Below are positions 12,192 to 24,845 of a DNA stretch of 64,000 bases, in pieces. Positions within the stretch are counted from its first letter, which is position 1. Every line of letters begins with the position of its first letter. A model generated the notes under the pieces. The model was not told the origin of the DNA and did no database searches. It worked only from the letters and a program-made list of their open reading frames with translations. The position numbers and the translations under genes were made by a program. Origin of the DNA: Kudoa neothunni (lineage: Eukaryota; Animalia; Cnidaria); assembly GCA_964304625.1 (NCBI GenBank), contig OZ199840.1, forward strand, positions 7,040,336 through 7,104,335, in the 5' to 3' direction.

Positions 12192-13867
12192 TTATTCACT
12201 TTCATGCATTCTGATAGCCTGGCCTTCATATCTTCGTGCTGATCGACGAGATATTATACGCTGATGTCTCTTGAAGAAGAAAATTCCAAGACCCACCATG
12301 ACCACAATACCAGCAATAATAATGATGATAATGGTTACTGTTTTGTTTATAGCAGAGAATTTTTTTGGTACATTTTCATCGTTAGCTAAATTAGGGTTTC
12401 GTGAGAACAAGAATCGAACTGTATTAGTTATAATAAAATTGAAACAGGAAACGAGTTGATTATATTGTATAGTTTTGACAAATTAAATACCGATATAACG
12501 TATATATCCTATAGATAGTTGAAGGTTGCTCAATTTAGAATTGATTGGAGAAGTATTTTTATTATTATAGGTCGAAATTTCCCCTCTTTCAACAAGAATC
12601 ACAAAGCCATTGGATTCTATCAATTGAATCCCATTCTTATTAAACCCACAAACCATTTTGATTAGTTCCTCGGAATCAAGTCCTTCCACTAATGCATTAT
12701 ATGAAATACTTAAAAGATTATCGTTTGTAGTATTGCTACAACCGGTATAGTTGACATCACCGGAAATCAGATAAATTAAGTAACCAGCTACACCATCTTC
12801 AGTGTTGCTGAATGTAAAGTTGAGAGGGCCTTTATTCGCTGAGTTGATATCAAAAGTTATTATCCCTTTTTCAGATCTACGAAAAAATTAGATAAACTTG
12901 GTCGTTTGATTCATTGGCTGATTTACTTATTAAATTGACTAACTTGTTGTAACCTAATTTCAAATTCAACTGTATGTTTTGAATCTGTTGTTATGTTTTC
13001 ATCATGCTCTGTGGACGCATACTTAAAAATAGGCCATCTAAATAATTCTTCCATAGATAAATTGAAATTATCAAGAAAAATACCTTTTTATTGAATCCTG
13101 TATGTCATTTTTTAATGTTGAGGTATAAAAATTGTCAGCCATGGATTTCTCACTAACAACTTTCTATTTTAAACAATGAAATGAAAAGAAAAATTAGTGA
13201 ACATAAATTTTACGCTTAGGTCAAAATCTGGATAATATGTGGTACTAGGAATCGGTAATTTCGAAAATGTTGTTGGAGTAGTGGTAGGATTCGATGTCGT
13301 ATTACTTATCTGAATGTTTGAATCTACAATGAATATCAAAAGGAGAAAAACTTAAAATTAACATGAAATCATATGCGTACTAGGATCAACTTTATCACCA
13401 TAGGTATATTGAGTAACAATTCTGATTAGAAAACACGATGACATGTACAATGTTGGTATCTCTTCAATATTTGTTGTACAAAAGTTGTATTTGACCTCAC
13501 ATTGATCCATAACACTATCAGTTTGAGGATTGTGCGAAAACTCATGACAGAAACACCTATTTCCAATGGTCATTGTGTAATATCCATCACATCCACTCAT
13601 CAATCCAAATATGTGCTGGCTCTGGAATGTTATTTTGGTGAATTCGTCTAGCTTTGGAACAAAAATCATAATACATTCTTTATTGGATTTGTTTTCTTTA
13701 TTATTTTGATAGAAGTATAACTTGGCGTTTCTATTAGTTATTTCATAGATGTAATTGCAGTGGAGTTCATATGAACTGATAGACATAACATTTTGTAAAA
13801 GTATCAGTATGGCATTAAAATATATCAACTCATCTTGGTAATGTAAAAATATTCTTCTAAGACGCAT
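12192..13867 (-). CDS. Multi-exon type I membrane protein: hydrophobic leader, Cys-containing CUB-like domain, Thr/Pro-rich stalk, TM helix, short basic tail
   Basis: Exon 1 has LHCNY..ECIMIF..KITF..GCDGYY..FCTT..SSCFLIRI. The next exon reads SNTTSNPTTTPTTFSKLPIPSTT. The last exon has TM VTIIIIIIAGIVVMVGLGIFFF then KRHQR. Middle exons were not fully resolved. Confidence 0.65.
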
Positions 13868-15049
13868 TATCGACGTTTCCAAACAAAATGACAAAAAACA
13901 AACTTTATTGTTGGATGATGAGTTAAACTAAATAACACCCTGATAGAACGATATTCATAGAGCTACCTGTTATTGTTCCTGATAATTGAAGCGAACTGTC
14001 AATTCTAAATAAAAATGAGTCCCTTGATGCCGCTAATTGCTTATTGTGTGTAAATGATACAAATAAAAATCGAATTCAACCAGCTCATAATTATGTCTAT
14101 CGAGTGATCACACAAAAAATAAAAGATATTTCTTTGTTATTTAAAATCTATATTCTGCAATTTTAGGTGGTAAAATTTTTGAATAATCTCTTCAACTAGG
14201 TGTTACCGTCCGCGCAGATTTAAAAAATTACATTTCGTTGTTAATTCCATTTGGGTCTTCAAAATTTTATTCATCGAAAGTTTCAATGCTTCCATGGAAT
14301 ATAAACTAGGCTGATCGTAGCTATTGTACATCAATCGCTTTCCAAAATAATATCCTCATGTGACACTAAGGTGTGGTTGGCTATATATTTTATTCACACT
14401 TACTGTTATTTACTATCCTTTAATATCCTAAGTTTTAAAAGTGGTATTCATAAACTGAACTAAATTCTTCATAATTTATGATTTTAGAACTTCGGAGTAT
14501 ACGCCATAGGAATGACAGAAATAATATCTAAATTCGCGCAGGTATAACGCCGGAAATTTGGGCGAAGACCCGTCTACAGTGCCGCAAGTCTGGTACATAA
14601 TTTAAAAAAAACTGCGCTCAATTAAAAAAATCGCTGAATTATGCATTATACATTAGGGATGTCTTTATATTTGTAATTTTTTGTATTTTTTAAGCTAGTG
14701 TCTCTTTCCAGTGGAAGGTTTCCATTACACCGGTGCACGCGCGAGGGATTATAGTTATTTCGCTTTTTTCTATAGGTTATGGCGCTTTTACAAACAAAAT
14801 AGCTTATAAAAATGATAAAATATATTTTTTAGTATTAGGTTGACGAATCAGAACATTATTTAGAAAATTTCAAATAATTTTTTGGGGGTCTAGGTCTACC
14901 TTTTGATGTAACCTCCTTCATTTGAAATCTCATATTTTATTTGGCGCATTTTTTCACTGACATTATGAGTGACATTTTTTTAGAATTTTTATAGTGAGTT
15001 GGATATCTCACTGTAAAAATTCCGGTACTCCTCTCCAACCAATGAATTT

Positions 15050-16386
15050 AATGGGTAACACTCTTTGAGTTAACTCATTATTTTTTCGAAACTTTAAGTT
15101 TACATTTTCATCCTTTGAAGAAGAATCTTCTAATAACATTTCGTTGTCAACAAATGAATTCGACAATGGTGAATTATCATCACGAATTTCAGGAAATATA
15201 TCAGGTGATTTTCTATTAAAAAGGTTATTTTTGGTCTATCTTGTTATAACGATTGATTTAATGCTTATTTTAGATAATTTTAACAGATTGATCGGATGAT
15301 TGTCAGGTACATGATACTGTAAAAAGAATGGACAATCACAGACGCAGGGATCATTAAAAACTAATGGGTTAAAACTTAATTGATTTCTAAATGTTTTTAA
15401 TTGCAATTAGGTAAATTTTATGTATCCTTCTTAAAATCCTATTTTGTCATTCAAACGGTCTTGGTTATAATTAAATTAATGTTTGTAACCTATTTTGTTT
15501 TATTTTTTAATTTAAACTAGCTTTATTACATTATTTATAATAAAAAAATATTTTAAAAAGGCGGACGTAACATTTTAAAACCAAAGTTTACTAAAATATC
15601 GATTAAACTAATAAATATATGTTTAATACAAAATTCCGTGCAGATTTTATTTATATTTTTGGCAGTGTGCTTTACAGGAAAATAGATCATGTCGTATTGG
15701 AAATGTTGAAGGGTGAAATTTTGAACAAACAACACTGATATGTCAATGAATGAGTTGGTTTTGGCATTATCATTCCAAATATCAATGGTTAGGCACATAC
15801 TATTGTGACTTATTGTTGTAATTAATTTTTCCATTTTTAAATAAATGCGCTCATACTCATTCATGATTATTTTTTAACACATTTTTTGGATAAAATCTTA
15901 AGTCTAGCACTAAATTCATTGAACTTTTTGCCTAAGTTAAATGCGAAGTTTATCATCTCCGTAAACGGTGCACTTTCTGTTATTGTAAACGGGGAGATTG
16001 TTTCAGCTACAAAATTAGCAATTTTAGTGTCAAACATTACTTACCTGATCTGATAGGCTTAAATTAGCAATGGAGGGAGGTGAAACAAATAATTCATTAA
16101 TTTTTATATTTGTATTTGTTTTAGCATGTAACTTATTATGACTAATAAGCTTCCTATTCCCGTAAGACGACTTATGCGGGAATGCTTTGTTGCACTTTGT
16201 GCAAACAATAAAATCAATTTGGGATGTTTCATCCTCGTTTTTAGTAAAGATGGAACAGAAATTGTCCCATTCTTTAGAATGCGTTGTAGATTTTTTCCAA
16301 GAGAAAAGTCTGCTAGTTTTCAAAGCCTCTTCAACACTTTCCACACTCCAGCCTGACACAGTGTAACTAAAAGAGGACACGAACAC
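15050..16386 (-). mobile_element. Hermes/hobo-like hAT transposase remnant
   Basis: BED finger (W..F...CTKC...H), Hermes-DBD-like IANFVAETISPFTITE and catalytic LTIDIWND. Frameshifted; ends not found. Confidence 0.7.
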
Positions 16387-16419
16387 GAACGAACGGGCGT
16401 TGTCTGCTACAAACAGTCG

Positions 16420-17230
16420 ATGATATAACGATTCATTTATTGTGCTGAAATGGAAATAGAGCTAACTCCTTCAAACTTTTTAGAAGCAACGGGATTAATT
16501 AAAATTGTCTAGGAGAGTGTTTCTAAAAATACGATCACAAATTGTTTCATAAAAGCAGGATTTTCCTCGTTAAGATCTGCCTCAACTCAGAATAATTTAT
16601 TAGTCGAAAATGGTGAAAAAGTTTCTGATGATTTGATCGCGAATGAAATAACCGAAATGATAAAAGAAGAGGAATCATACGTAGCTCTTAATTATAATGA
16701 TTTTGACTTTTCCAACAAATATGATCGAATACTAAACACGAGTGAGATATTTGATAATTTTATTTTAATTATATTTTTTAAGATTGTAACGCTGATGATG
16801 CAGAACAATTTGACACGGATGGGACATACGATGTGGAAAAACTCCCCAGCAACAAAATTATTACCTGAAAAAAGGCTTTGGAATATTTGAGGAAATTAAA
16901 ATCATTTTTTGGCGCGTGATAATAATCAAAATATTATTTTGAATGCAGCAGAAGAGTCGATCTTTAAGATTCTCTCAAACAATATGAAACAAACTAAAAT
17001 TAAAAAATATTTTTCTCGAGCATAATTTATTTGATTTTTCATTTAAATATATTATATTTATCTTCCATTATTGAATGATACAAAAATTTTTGAATGAATA
17101 GGTAACAAACAAAAACAAATTTCCCTTTAGTGTGCATGCGCAGTAAAGGTATGTAGAAAAGGACGCGACCAATTTCACGCATTTTTTCCCTGGTCCCTAA
17201 AGAAGTGCGTGAAACCGATTACCTATTGTA
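16420..17230 (+). mobile_element. Tigger 3' fragment
   Basis: ESVSKNTITNCFIKAGF and MKQTKIKKYF. Tigger-like end ...TGGTCCCTAAAGAAGTGCGTGAAACCGATTACCTATTG-TA. Confidence 0.55.
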
Positions 17231-17649
17231 TATATGTTTGATAGTTGAGATTACGTGGATTTCGGAGGATTTAAAATTGATTCAAACATTTTTTCTGGGG
17301 TACGGCAGATACCCCACGTCAGACCACGCGTAATTTTTTTCGACGCAATACGGGAAGGGTTAGAGGAAAACAGTGCATAATTATGGAAGTTTTTACACGT
17401 CTACAGAGGGCTAACCTATTTTTTTAAATAATTGATAATTAATGCTTGTTTAATTTACATACAGACATGTGGTCAGATATTGTACAACTTTATATAAGAA
17501 CTGAATGTATAACTTAAGTTTTAATGAAAAATTTATTAATAAGGAACTTAGAAATATTTTTGTTTTAAATATTGGATTATTATATACGCCTAATTGTATA
17601 TGTCGTACAGTGATGGGTGTCACTTTTGTCCAGAAATATGATTAAATAG

Positions 17650-17914
17650 TTCTTCCGCTTTCCGGATAACCGAACATTTATCGACACGTAATATCAACAA
17701 AATCCAAATAAAATTTAAAATTTCTTCCGGATAGCGCGATTTCCGGATAATCGAAGTTCGACTGTGTAAATTTACTAATCCAATTTTCAATTGTATTCTG
17801 AAAAATTCATTACATCCAAGGGATTTAAATATATTCTAGTCCATCTTTTGGTTCGGCACGACTATCCAGCCCGGCGACCCAATAGGGTTGCCGACCCCTG
17901 CTTTAGAGGGTTAA
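17650..17914. repeat. Stacked TE ends: Tigger-like end with three TTCCGGATA units, hAT MITE end, piggyBac end
   Basis: TTCCGGATA three times, ending TTCGACTG. Next is a copy of 2516-2643 ending GTTGCCGACCCCTG, then CTTTAGAGGG-TTAA, matching the TIR of 50536-52978. Confidence 0.55.
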
Positions 17915-18349
17915 TCTTAAAATCTGTCATTATACTTATACTTGTGCAAAAGGACGTATTTATAGTTATAAACAAGCGACCTAATGAGTATGATTAAGAT
18001 GAAAAATAAACCCATCGAGACAAATTTGCTAATATAATTGTTTTTTGCACTGTGATGTGATTATAACTATCTGTGTAAATTTACACATAACTAAAATTTT
18101 TCTGATATATTTTGGAGTTACACTGTTAATAAATAATATTTTTTCATTTTATTATATACTGGAAATAGAATATTAATGAGGTACGCTGCAGACATTCCTA
18201 TTTCTTTAAATCGACAAGCGGAACATACTTTAATATTTTTAACATCTCTGGAGGGAGGTCGACGAAAAAAAAGTTTTGAGAGCCCTGGTGTTACCCAATA
18301 AAACCAACCCTATAAAAGAGAATAACAATAAATCGATCTCAAAATTGTC

Positions 18350-20092
18350 TCATTGACTATTAAAGTAAAAGTCAAGAGGAGATATTTCATATTTTTTCAA
18401 TTGAGCAACATTGTCAGGAATATTTTCAGAGTTTGGATATTTCAACATGAAGTGATATTTAAGTAAATCAATCAGACAGGTTTCAACAGAGTCTTTTCCG
18501 GTAGCATTTTTGAGTGGTGAAAATTCTTCATTGCGTTTTACATTATATAAGAAAATATTTCTATCAATTTAATTTTGTGTTTAAAAAATATATGCCAACT
18601 AATATACTTGCATTCAATGAAGGGAATTACATCAAATATGAACTTCTCTAATTTGATTCCATTGGGAGTATTAGGTTTCATTCTAAACCAAAGGTAAAAT
18701 AAAACCTAATATACACGATTGCAGTAAAGATAATCAGGCTTATACTTTTCTCCGTTATCCAGATTTATGTATGGAACTTTCTTAAAAGCAAAATGGATAG
18801 GTAGCTGATCATTCCAATGATTTCTTGTTACATAAAAAAGTAATCTATCTATTACAGGAATTTCAAGATCCCTTACTCCACAATATCCTTCAAAAATTTT
18901 GTAGAAAAATAATGATTGCAAATATTTCCATATTTGAACACTAATTGATTTTTATCATTTTTTCTGTTGAAACAATCAGATATTTCTTTCATCTCACTGT
19001 ATTCGACGATCTAATTAAACAAACTAATTCCAAAGAAACACGTTAAATTGATGATTTTTGAGTCACATTTATAAAAATATATAAATACTTTTACAGAATC
19101 ATCAATTACGCAAAAGGTCCCCAAAGGTTCTTCTGCATCGGTTCTTTCAATAACCTAAGAAAGCTATAACGATTATGTTTATTCATAGAAGACACTTTGT
19201 TGCCACAGTCAACCCCTTTCATATCACAGCATCCAATAAAGCTTGGATCAGCAGCTTTCACCAACACATTGTCTACACAATAAACGTGCAAACCGGAAAG
19301 TTGACGTTGGTTTACAATTTCCATTATTGTTGGATTTTCAACGAGACTATCATAAAACCCTCCATTTCCAGCTGGTGCAAAAGCAATTTTAAACTTTTCC
19401 TCGAGGATGATTTTCTTGGTTGATCTATCAACACACGGTAGTTGGCCTTGTTCAAACACTATCACATCGTCTTTATTGAAGCCAAAATAGTCATTATTTT
19501 TAAAAAAATCAACGGTCATCGCATTCGTTGATTCGCTCGTCATTATAAAACATGTGATAGACGCACCAGTTGTTTGGTATTTGTTACTGGCTAATTGGAT
19601 CAATCTTAAAAGTGTTTCCATTTGTAATTGGAAGAGAGTTTTGTTCGAATTCAATCCAATACTATGCAAACCTTTAGGATGGTTTACTCCAAGTCTTGTG
19701 CCTTAACGTAGCAACAAAAATTATGTTCGTTAATAATTTTAAGCAATTTGCGGAGATTAATTTTTACCTTGGCCGCCAGCTAAAATAACTACTCCAATTT
19801 TGCCCAATGAAATCAGCCGAAGGCCGTGATCAAAATATCGCTGTATTTGTTCTTCTGAAGAATGCTGATAACCACTAACTAGTTGCTCTGGCACAGGACG
19901 AGGCTCACACTTTTTCTCGATTACTCTCCCCGAATCAACGCTATCAATAAGTTCCTGTAATTTCAGAATGTTCAAACGTTTAATATCATTTTCGAGACAT
20001 TCCCTCTCCTTAACATTCAGCTCGCCCATAAATTGGCACACATGGTTCTGATCGCAGAGCATCAAATTTTTAAAGCAATTCAACTGATCCAT
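18350..20092 (-). CDS. UAP1: UDP-N-acetylglucosamine pyrophosphorylase, multi-exon
   Basis: LAGGQG/TRLG...PKG spliced across intron 19767-19702. Also IMTS, FEQGQLP, APAGNGGFY, YCVDNVLVKAADPSFIG, PNGIKLEKFIFDV and EEFSPLKNA..EISPL. Stop at 18352-18350. Confidence 0.95.
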
Positions 20093-20126
20093 GAGAGCAA
20101 ATAAATGTAAAATGTTCAAATACGCT

Positions 20127-20132
20127 TGCGCA
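20127..20132. promoter_or_regulatory. TGCGCA (NRF-1-like) motif upstream of UAP1
   Basis: About 35 nt upstream of the UAP1 ATG. A matching motif lies at 20636-20641, about 36 nt upstream of the SAP18 ATG. Confidence 0.4.
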
Positions 20133-20139
20133 GTAAGTC

Positions 20140-20397
20140 AAAAATGACACACAATAGGCGATCATAGCTGATGTGCACGCGTACTCTAGTGTATGCCACA
20201 AAAGCTATGCTACAGCATCACACGACTATCAGACTGAGTATAGCCAACAGTATAATCATCTCGCCGATAGAGCACATTATCACAATGTTCAATGCTCATT
20301 TTCTAGTCATTTTGCAGCTAGAGTGCAATCATATAAGATCAAATTTCGTATCGTGCGAGGTCTGCATATTCGGGAATTGTCGGAACACATTATGTGC
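20140..20397 (-). ncRNA. Candidate structured non-coding RNA, family unassigned
   Basis: Nested helices read by eye, including a terminal helix 20397-20389 with 20155-20147. G-U pairs occur on the minus strand only. A T5 run follows the terminal helix. GC content is higher than in the flanks. Confidence 0.5.
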
Positions 20398-20677
20398 TAT
20401 AAAGTTGATTTTGATTTGAATATATTTGTAACGCACATTGTTTAACGTTATAAATTGGTAGTGAAAGATGATTGTAAAGTATATGATTAATACCAGATTA
20501 TTTAAGTAACATTATCCGATAAATTAGCAAATTTTAGCATAAAACTACGAAAAATCATTCGATAAATAACAGTCACGCTCAAACAAGTTCATTTTGGCAG
20601 ATTCAACGCCCAACTCCCTATTGATTGTATGTGCGTGCGCAGTCGTGTAAAAACCGTGGTTTCTATTGATTGGACAA

Positions 20678-21367
20678 ATGGTCACGTACGATAGTAGAAG
20701 AGAATCTGATAACCACAGATATAGCAGGGTGAGAAGGGATCAATCTCCTCCGCGCCGAAGAACATCTGCTGATAGAAATCGATCGTATATTAGGAGACAT
20801 GCTGCACCTAATGTTGTTGCGCCAGCGATACCAACCGCTTCTCCAGTTGATAGAGAAAATGTTTTTTGATAATTTTTTTATTATTTAACAAATTTTAGAC
20901 CTGTCCTATGCTAATTAGAGTATTCTTCACCGAAAATAAACAACTTAAGTACTCTTTACGCCGTGCCTATTTATTCACTTCAATTTTTGATATTAGTATC
21001 GAGGACCTTAATAAAAATCAATTTCCAGAAGAAGAATTTCACATATACACATGGTATACGGATTTGAAAAGTCAATATTGGTCAATGACTTTTCTATTTA
21101 TTCAGGAAAGATGCCACTCTAAGGGAATTAACCAATCTTATTCGAGATCAAATACCAAAAGCACGGGCCAGAAGGGCATATTTTGATATTACAGCGTATT
21201 TCCCGGATTTTCGAAGAAATTCTTGGTCATCCAAAAGGTTGGGTTCAAGTGCTGTAGGTTTTTCACAAAACAATGATACATTCACTCTCAAATCCCGCCG
21301 TTTTCAAGTCGGCGACATCATTCACGTCGATATAGTAACACCGAAATACTCATCCAAAAGAATATAA
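20678..21367 (+). CDS. SAP18: Sin3-associated protein 18 (ASAP complex subunit), 4 exons
   Basis: Spliced product PVDREN/TCPMLIRVF...EFHIYTW/KDATLRELTNLI...LKSRRFQVGDIIHVDI, preceded by an Arg/Ser-rich N-terminus. Confidence 0.95.
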
Positions 21368-22764
21368 CATCGTCAGTGTATGTCACTGTCTTTGGTGTTT
21401 AGTCTAAAAATTCTATGTTTATAACGTGTCTTTTTGGTGTTATAATTCGCTTTCTTTAAACGTACTTCCTGAGTTTTAGTTTTTCTTTTTTTATAGTTCG
21501 CCTTTTCATGCGAGAGACCTTTCATTTGTAGGGAGCGCCCAATACGTGTAAGATTCTCGATAGTTAATTTGGTTCAAGCAATTTACTTTAAAATGGTTAA
21601 CAAACTGTGCTCTCGGCGGAATTGTGCAGCTAATGAGTAGGTTGTTCGCTTTTAAGACATGGCCCAATGTGTGATTTTAAAGCAATGATTATTCTGTGTT
21701 AAATACGGTGTTTCAAGATCAAAATGCAACCAATCTTTTAGAACGAAATAAAAAATGTTTATGAACGTTTTTTTAAATTAAAAATACATTATTTTTATAT
21801 CAACCGGAAATTTTTACGTGTTTAGCTATACGCCGGATCAAAACACCCTTACAAAATCAAAATTGAATTCACAAAAATAAACGAAAGTATGTGGCATTTG
21901 CTATAATCATGCGAAATAGATATTCTATTAGCAGAATTAACTAATGTTCGATTGATTTCTTATGAAATGCCTCAGAAATATACAAATGAATAAATAGCTA
22001 AGTGTATGGGTGTTATCAAATCAATGATTGGGCAAATTTAAAACGAAATCAATAAGTTATTTGTTAAGTCTGCAAAAAATGACGAATAACCGACCAAAAT
22101 TTTCCAATGTGCAAAAATCATTCATTCAACGTTTAATAGATGATGGTTACACGACAAATTTAGCAAAAATTGTCTAAAAACTCCTTTTCCTACCACGTTA
22201 TAGCCCTTTTTAAATCCGAATGAGGTTCTCTTCCATCATCAAATACTAGGTGTAAGAAATAAAAATCCTTCCGACAATAATAATTATTAAATGCTATTAT
22301 GGAAGGATCAAATAAAATTACGCCTGAACAATATTTATATTACTACAACCATTCACAATCATAGTTTATTCTTTTTTCAGACTCAGATACTATTAATAAC
22401 TGGAAATATGTTTCATCTGAAGAAGATCACATTTTGATTTAGACAAGTTATCGATTGCGTGTGCAGGTGGCATTTTGATCTTGATATACCGTAAGTTAAA
22501 TGGTACGTTACTGATTACTTTTCAAGATAGCAGAATGCTATTGATAAATGGTTAAAGAGCACCAAAATCTAGCGATTTCTAATGGAATTATAACAAATAT
22601 TGAGCAAAGCATCGTTTCTTATAATATCCAGTGACTAATGTTCGTTTTATTCTAAGATAGAAAATATTATCTAACACCAGAATGCCTGTTCATTTAGTCT
22701 GGATGCTTTCAACCTCTTAAAGTTTTCAATCACGGAAAACTCAAACTTAAAAAATGATATTATA

Positions 22765-22794
22765 TGACGATAACGCCGACGTTTGGTGCGCTAG
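22765..22794 (+). mobile_element. Probable Helitron 3' terminus
   Basis: Short hairpin (AACG-CCGA-CGTT) then GCGCTAG|T, the same ending as at 24458 and 41770. The 5' end was not located. Confidence 0.4.
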
Positions 22795-23337
22795 TTAAAA
22801 ATTATTTAAAAATAAAAAAATTAATAATACGATTTAAACGTTTTTAACAGGTAAATTTTAGGTTTAAATTCAAAAAATTATTGACTGCAAAAATTGCATG
22901 GGTACTTTATGTGGTAATTATCGGCGGTGTCGTTAATCTTTTGATAGGCTATTAAGTGGGCGGCATTTAGTCGGCGGAAGGAACCTTGTTAGTTTTAATG
23001 ATCTACTGTTGGTTATTTGCTGCGTTCACGTATGTTATTTGCGCTTGATGGACGAAGGCAACACTTTATGATTTATAAATTGGTAAAGTTAACGTTTTGA
23101 TACTCATATTATGGAACTGATCATGATTAGTAAAATTTTATCCTAAACCAGGGGTCACCAAAGTACGGCCCGCGATGTGCCCCTTAAAGCTCGAATGCGT
23201 TTACGCACACGCAACTGTTTCGGTTCCCTTGGGGGCTATCAGTACATTATTTTAATACAGGATGGGGAACCTTTTGTTATGAGAGAGCCATAAAGGCCTC
23301 ATATTTTTTAGACGCTTATTCCATGAGTGCCATGCAA

Positions 23338-24458
23338 TCTATTATCCTAATATATAAAGTAGTAGTGCCCATGTGAGTGTCAGCAAGTACGCATGTGCGT
23401 CAAAATTTTTTCCTTATAGAGAGATATTTATGAAGTTTTGTAAATATTACAATGTTTAAAAAATCTCTAAATCGTTTTCAAACTACCAAATGTTCCCTTA
23501 AGTGTTTAGAAAATGGTGATTTTGTCGATTCAAAGTTTGTTTAACGGATTACTTGAGTTTAACAATATGATTGACACCTGCTTATGACCTGCTGATGGTT
23601 GGTTGAAGTTAATTTTCCCTTTTATATGCTCTATCAGATGTTGAGTAACTGCTGCTATCTGACTTTCTATACAAATTTAGTGTGTAAATTAAGGTGTTCG
23701 TGCAGATACACTCCTTATTTGTGGAATTTTAATGTATTTGACATGATAAACACATTTTGAAAGTTCTATTAATTGTTTTAGATATGATAAAAATTTATAT
23801 ATGTCTCATGAATAACGAATTTGTAGAGAACTTTAAAAATACACTGATTGAAGCGTTATAATGGAAATACTGCGTCCGTAGGTTGCATTGAAATCGTCCG
23901 CTAAGTTTAACTTTCCATGATTAGGTTCAATGCAGATGGTTGTACTTTTATTGCACCAAATTATTTATGTTGATATTGAGACGATTTTTAGCTGTTTGTT
24001 TGGGGTAAAGTGCACTGATGTTTATGCCGGGCCAAGCGATGCTAATTTCAGAAATATCAATTAATTTGATTTCGTTTCCTTCTATCTCTATTACTTTTTC
24101 TAGTGTTTTATATCTTAAAAAGTTAGTGATGCACACAGTTCCCGATCCGGGTCAAACATTAACGTTTTAAATGACACTTTAAGGGGATTTAAATAATTCG
24201 GGAATGAAAAAAATACGACGCTGACCTTAACTTATTTAGTGTTGGCTCCGAGCCACGAAATTTTTAAATGAACGCCGGGATAGGAGCACTTCTTCAAAGA
24301 AATGATCATAATCCAAATCGTTAAAGTATGTTGTTTAAAACTTTGTATTTATTTTATTTCTATGGGTTAATTCGTAATTTCAATATATTTTTCGAATGCT
24401 ATTAAAAAATGTCTCTAGGCGAAATCTTCCCCAAGCAACGCTGGGCAGTTCGCGCTAG
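23338..24458 (+). mobile_element. Non-autonomous Helitron
   Basis: 5' end A|TCTATTATCCTAATATATAAAG. 3' hairpin CCCAAGCAACGCTGGG followed by CAGTTCGCGCTAG|T. Inserted between A and T with no TSD. Confidence 0.7.
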
Positions 24459-24845
24459 TTATTATTAAAAAGGACAAAAAAATATAATATATAGTTTACA
24501 ATATTAAAATAATATTTTAAGGGAAGAAAGTCTGATATTATCGAAAATCGGTTACCTACTGTATCATATCCTCCTGATTTGAAATTATTTTATGCGCGCA
24601 TCAAAACTGCGGAGTTTGTAATCAATCCTGAGTTTCATCTAGCGCAGAGTCAAGATAATAATGTTTATTTCCATTCAGGTTGAATCACGTTTATCGTTAA
24701 GTGTATAAAAATTTTATTTTTAATCTCTACTCGTTAAAAAAGATCAAATTATTTCTTTTATTAGTTAATGCAGCAAGCTCTTAAACCGCGTTGTTAAAGC
24801 TCGAAAAACCCTATAATTAATATCGCAATTTTTTTTAATTATAAA

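Noticed and set aside
14196-14776. Possible minus-strand Helitron ending at CTAG 14196-14199
   Set aside because: The hairpin and 5' end are too degraded to support boundaries.
20124-20172. GCTTGCGCAGT...GGCGATCATAGCTGAT resembles the U4 snRNA 5' region
   Set aside because: There is no kink-turn stem and no suitably placed Sm site; TGCGCA is better explained as the recurrent promoter motif.
20334-20352. TAAGATCAAATTTCGTATC resembles U2 snRNA
   Set aside because: The invariant GTAGTA branch-pairing sequence and the U2 5' end are missing.
20171-20445. Two overlapping plus-strand ORFs (82 and 90 aa)
   Set aside because: No recognisable domains; probably incidental to the GC-richer structured segment on the opposite strand.
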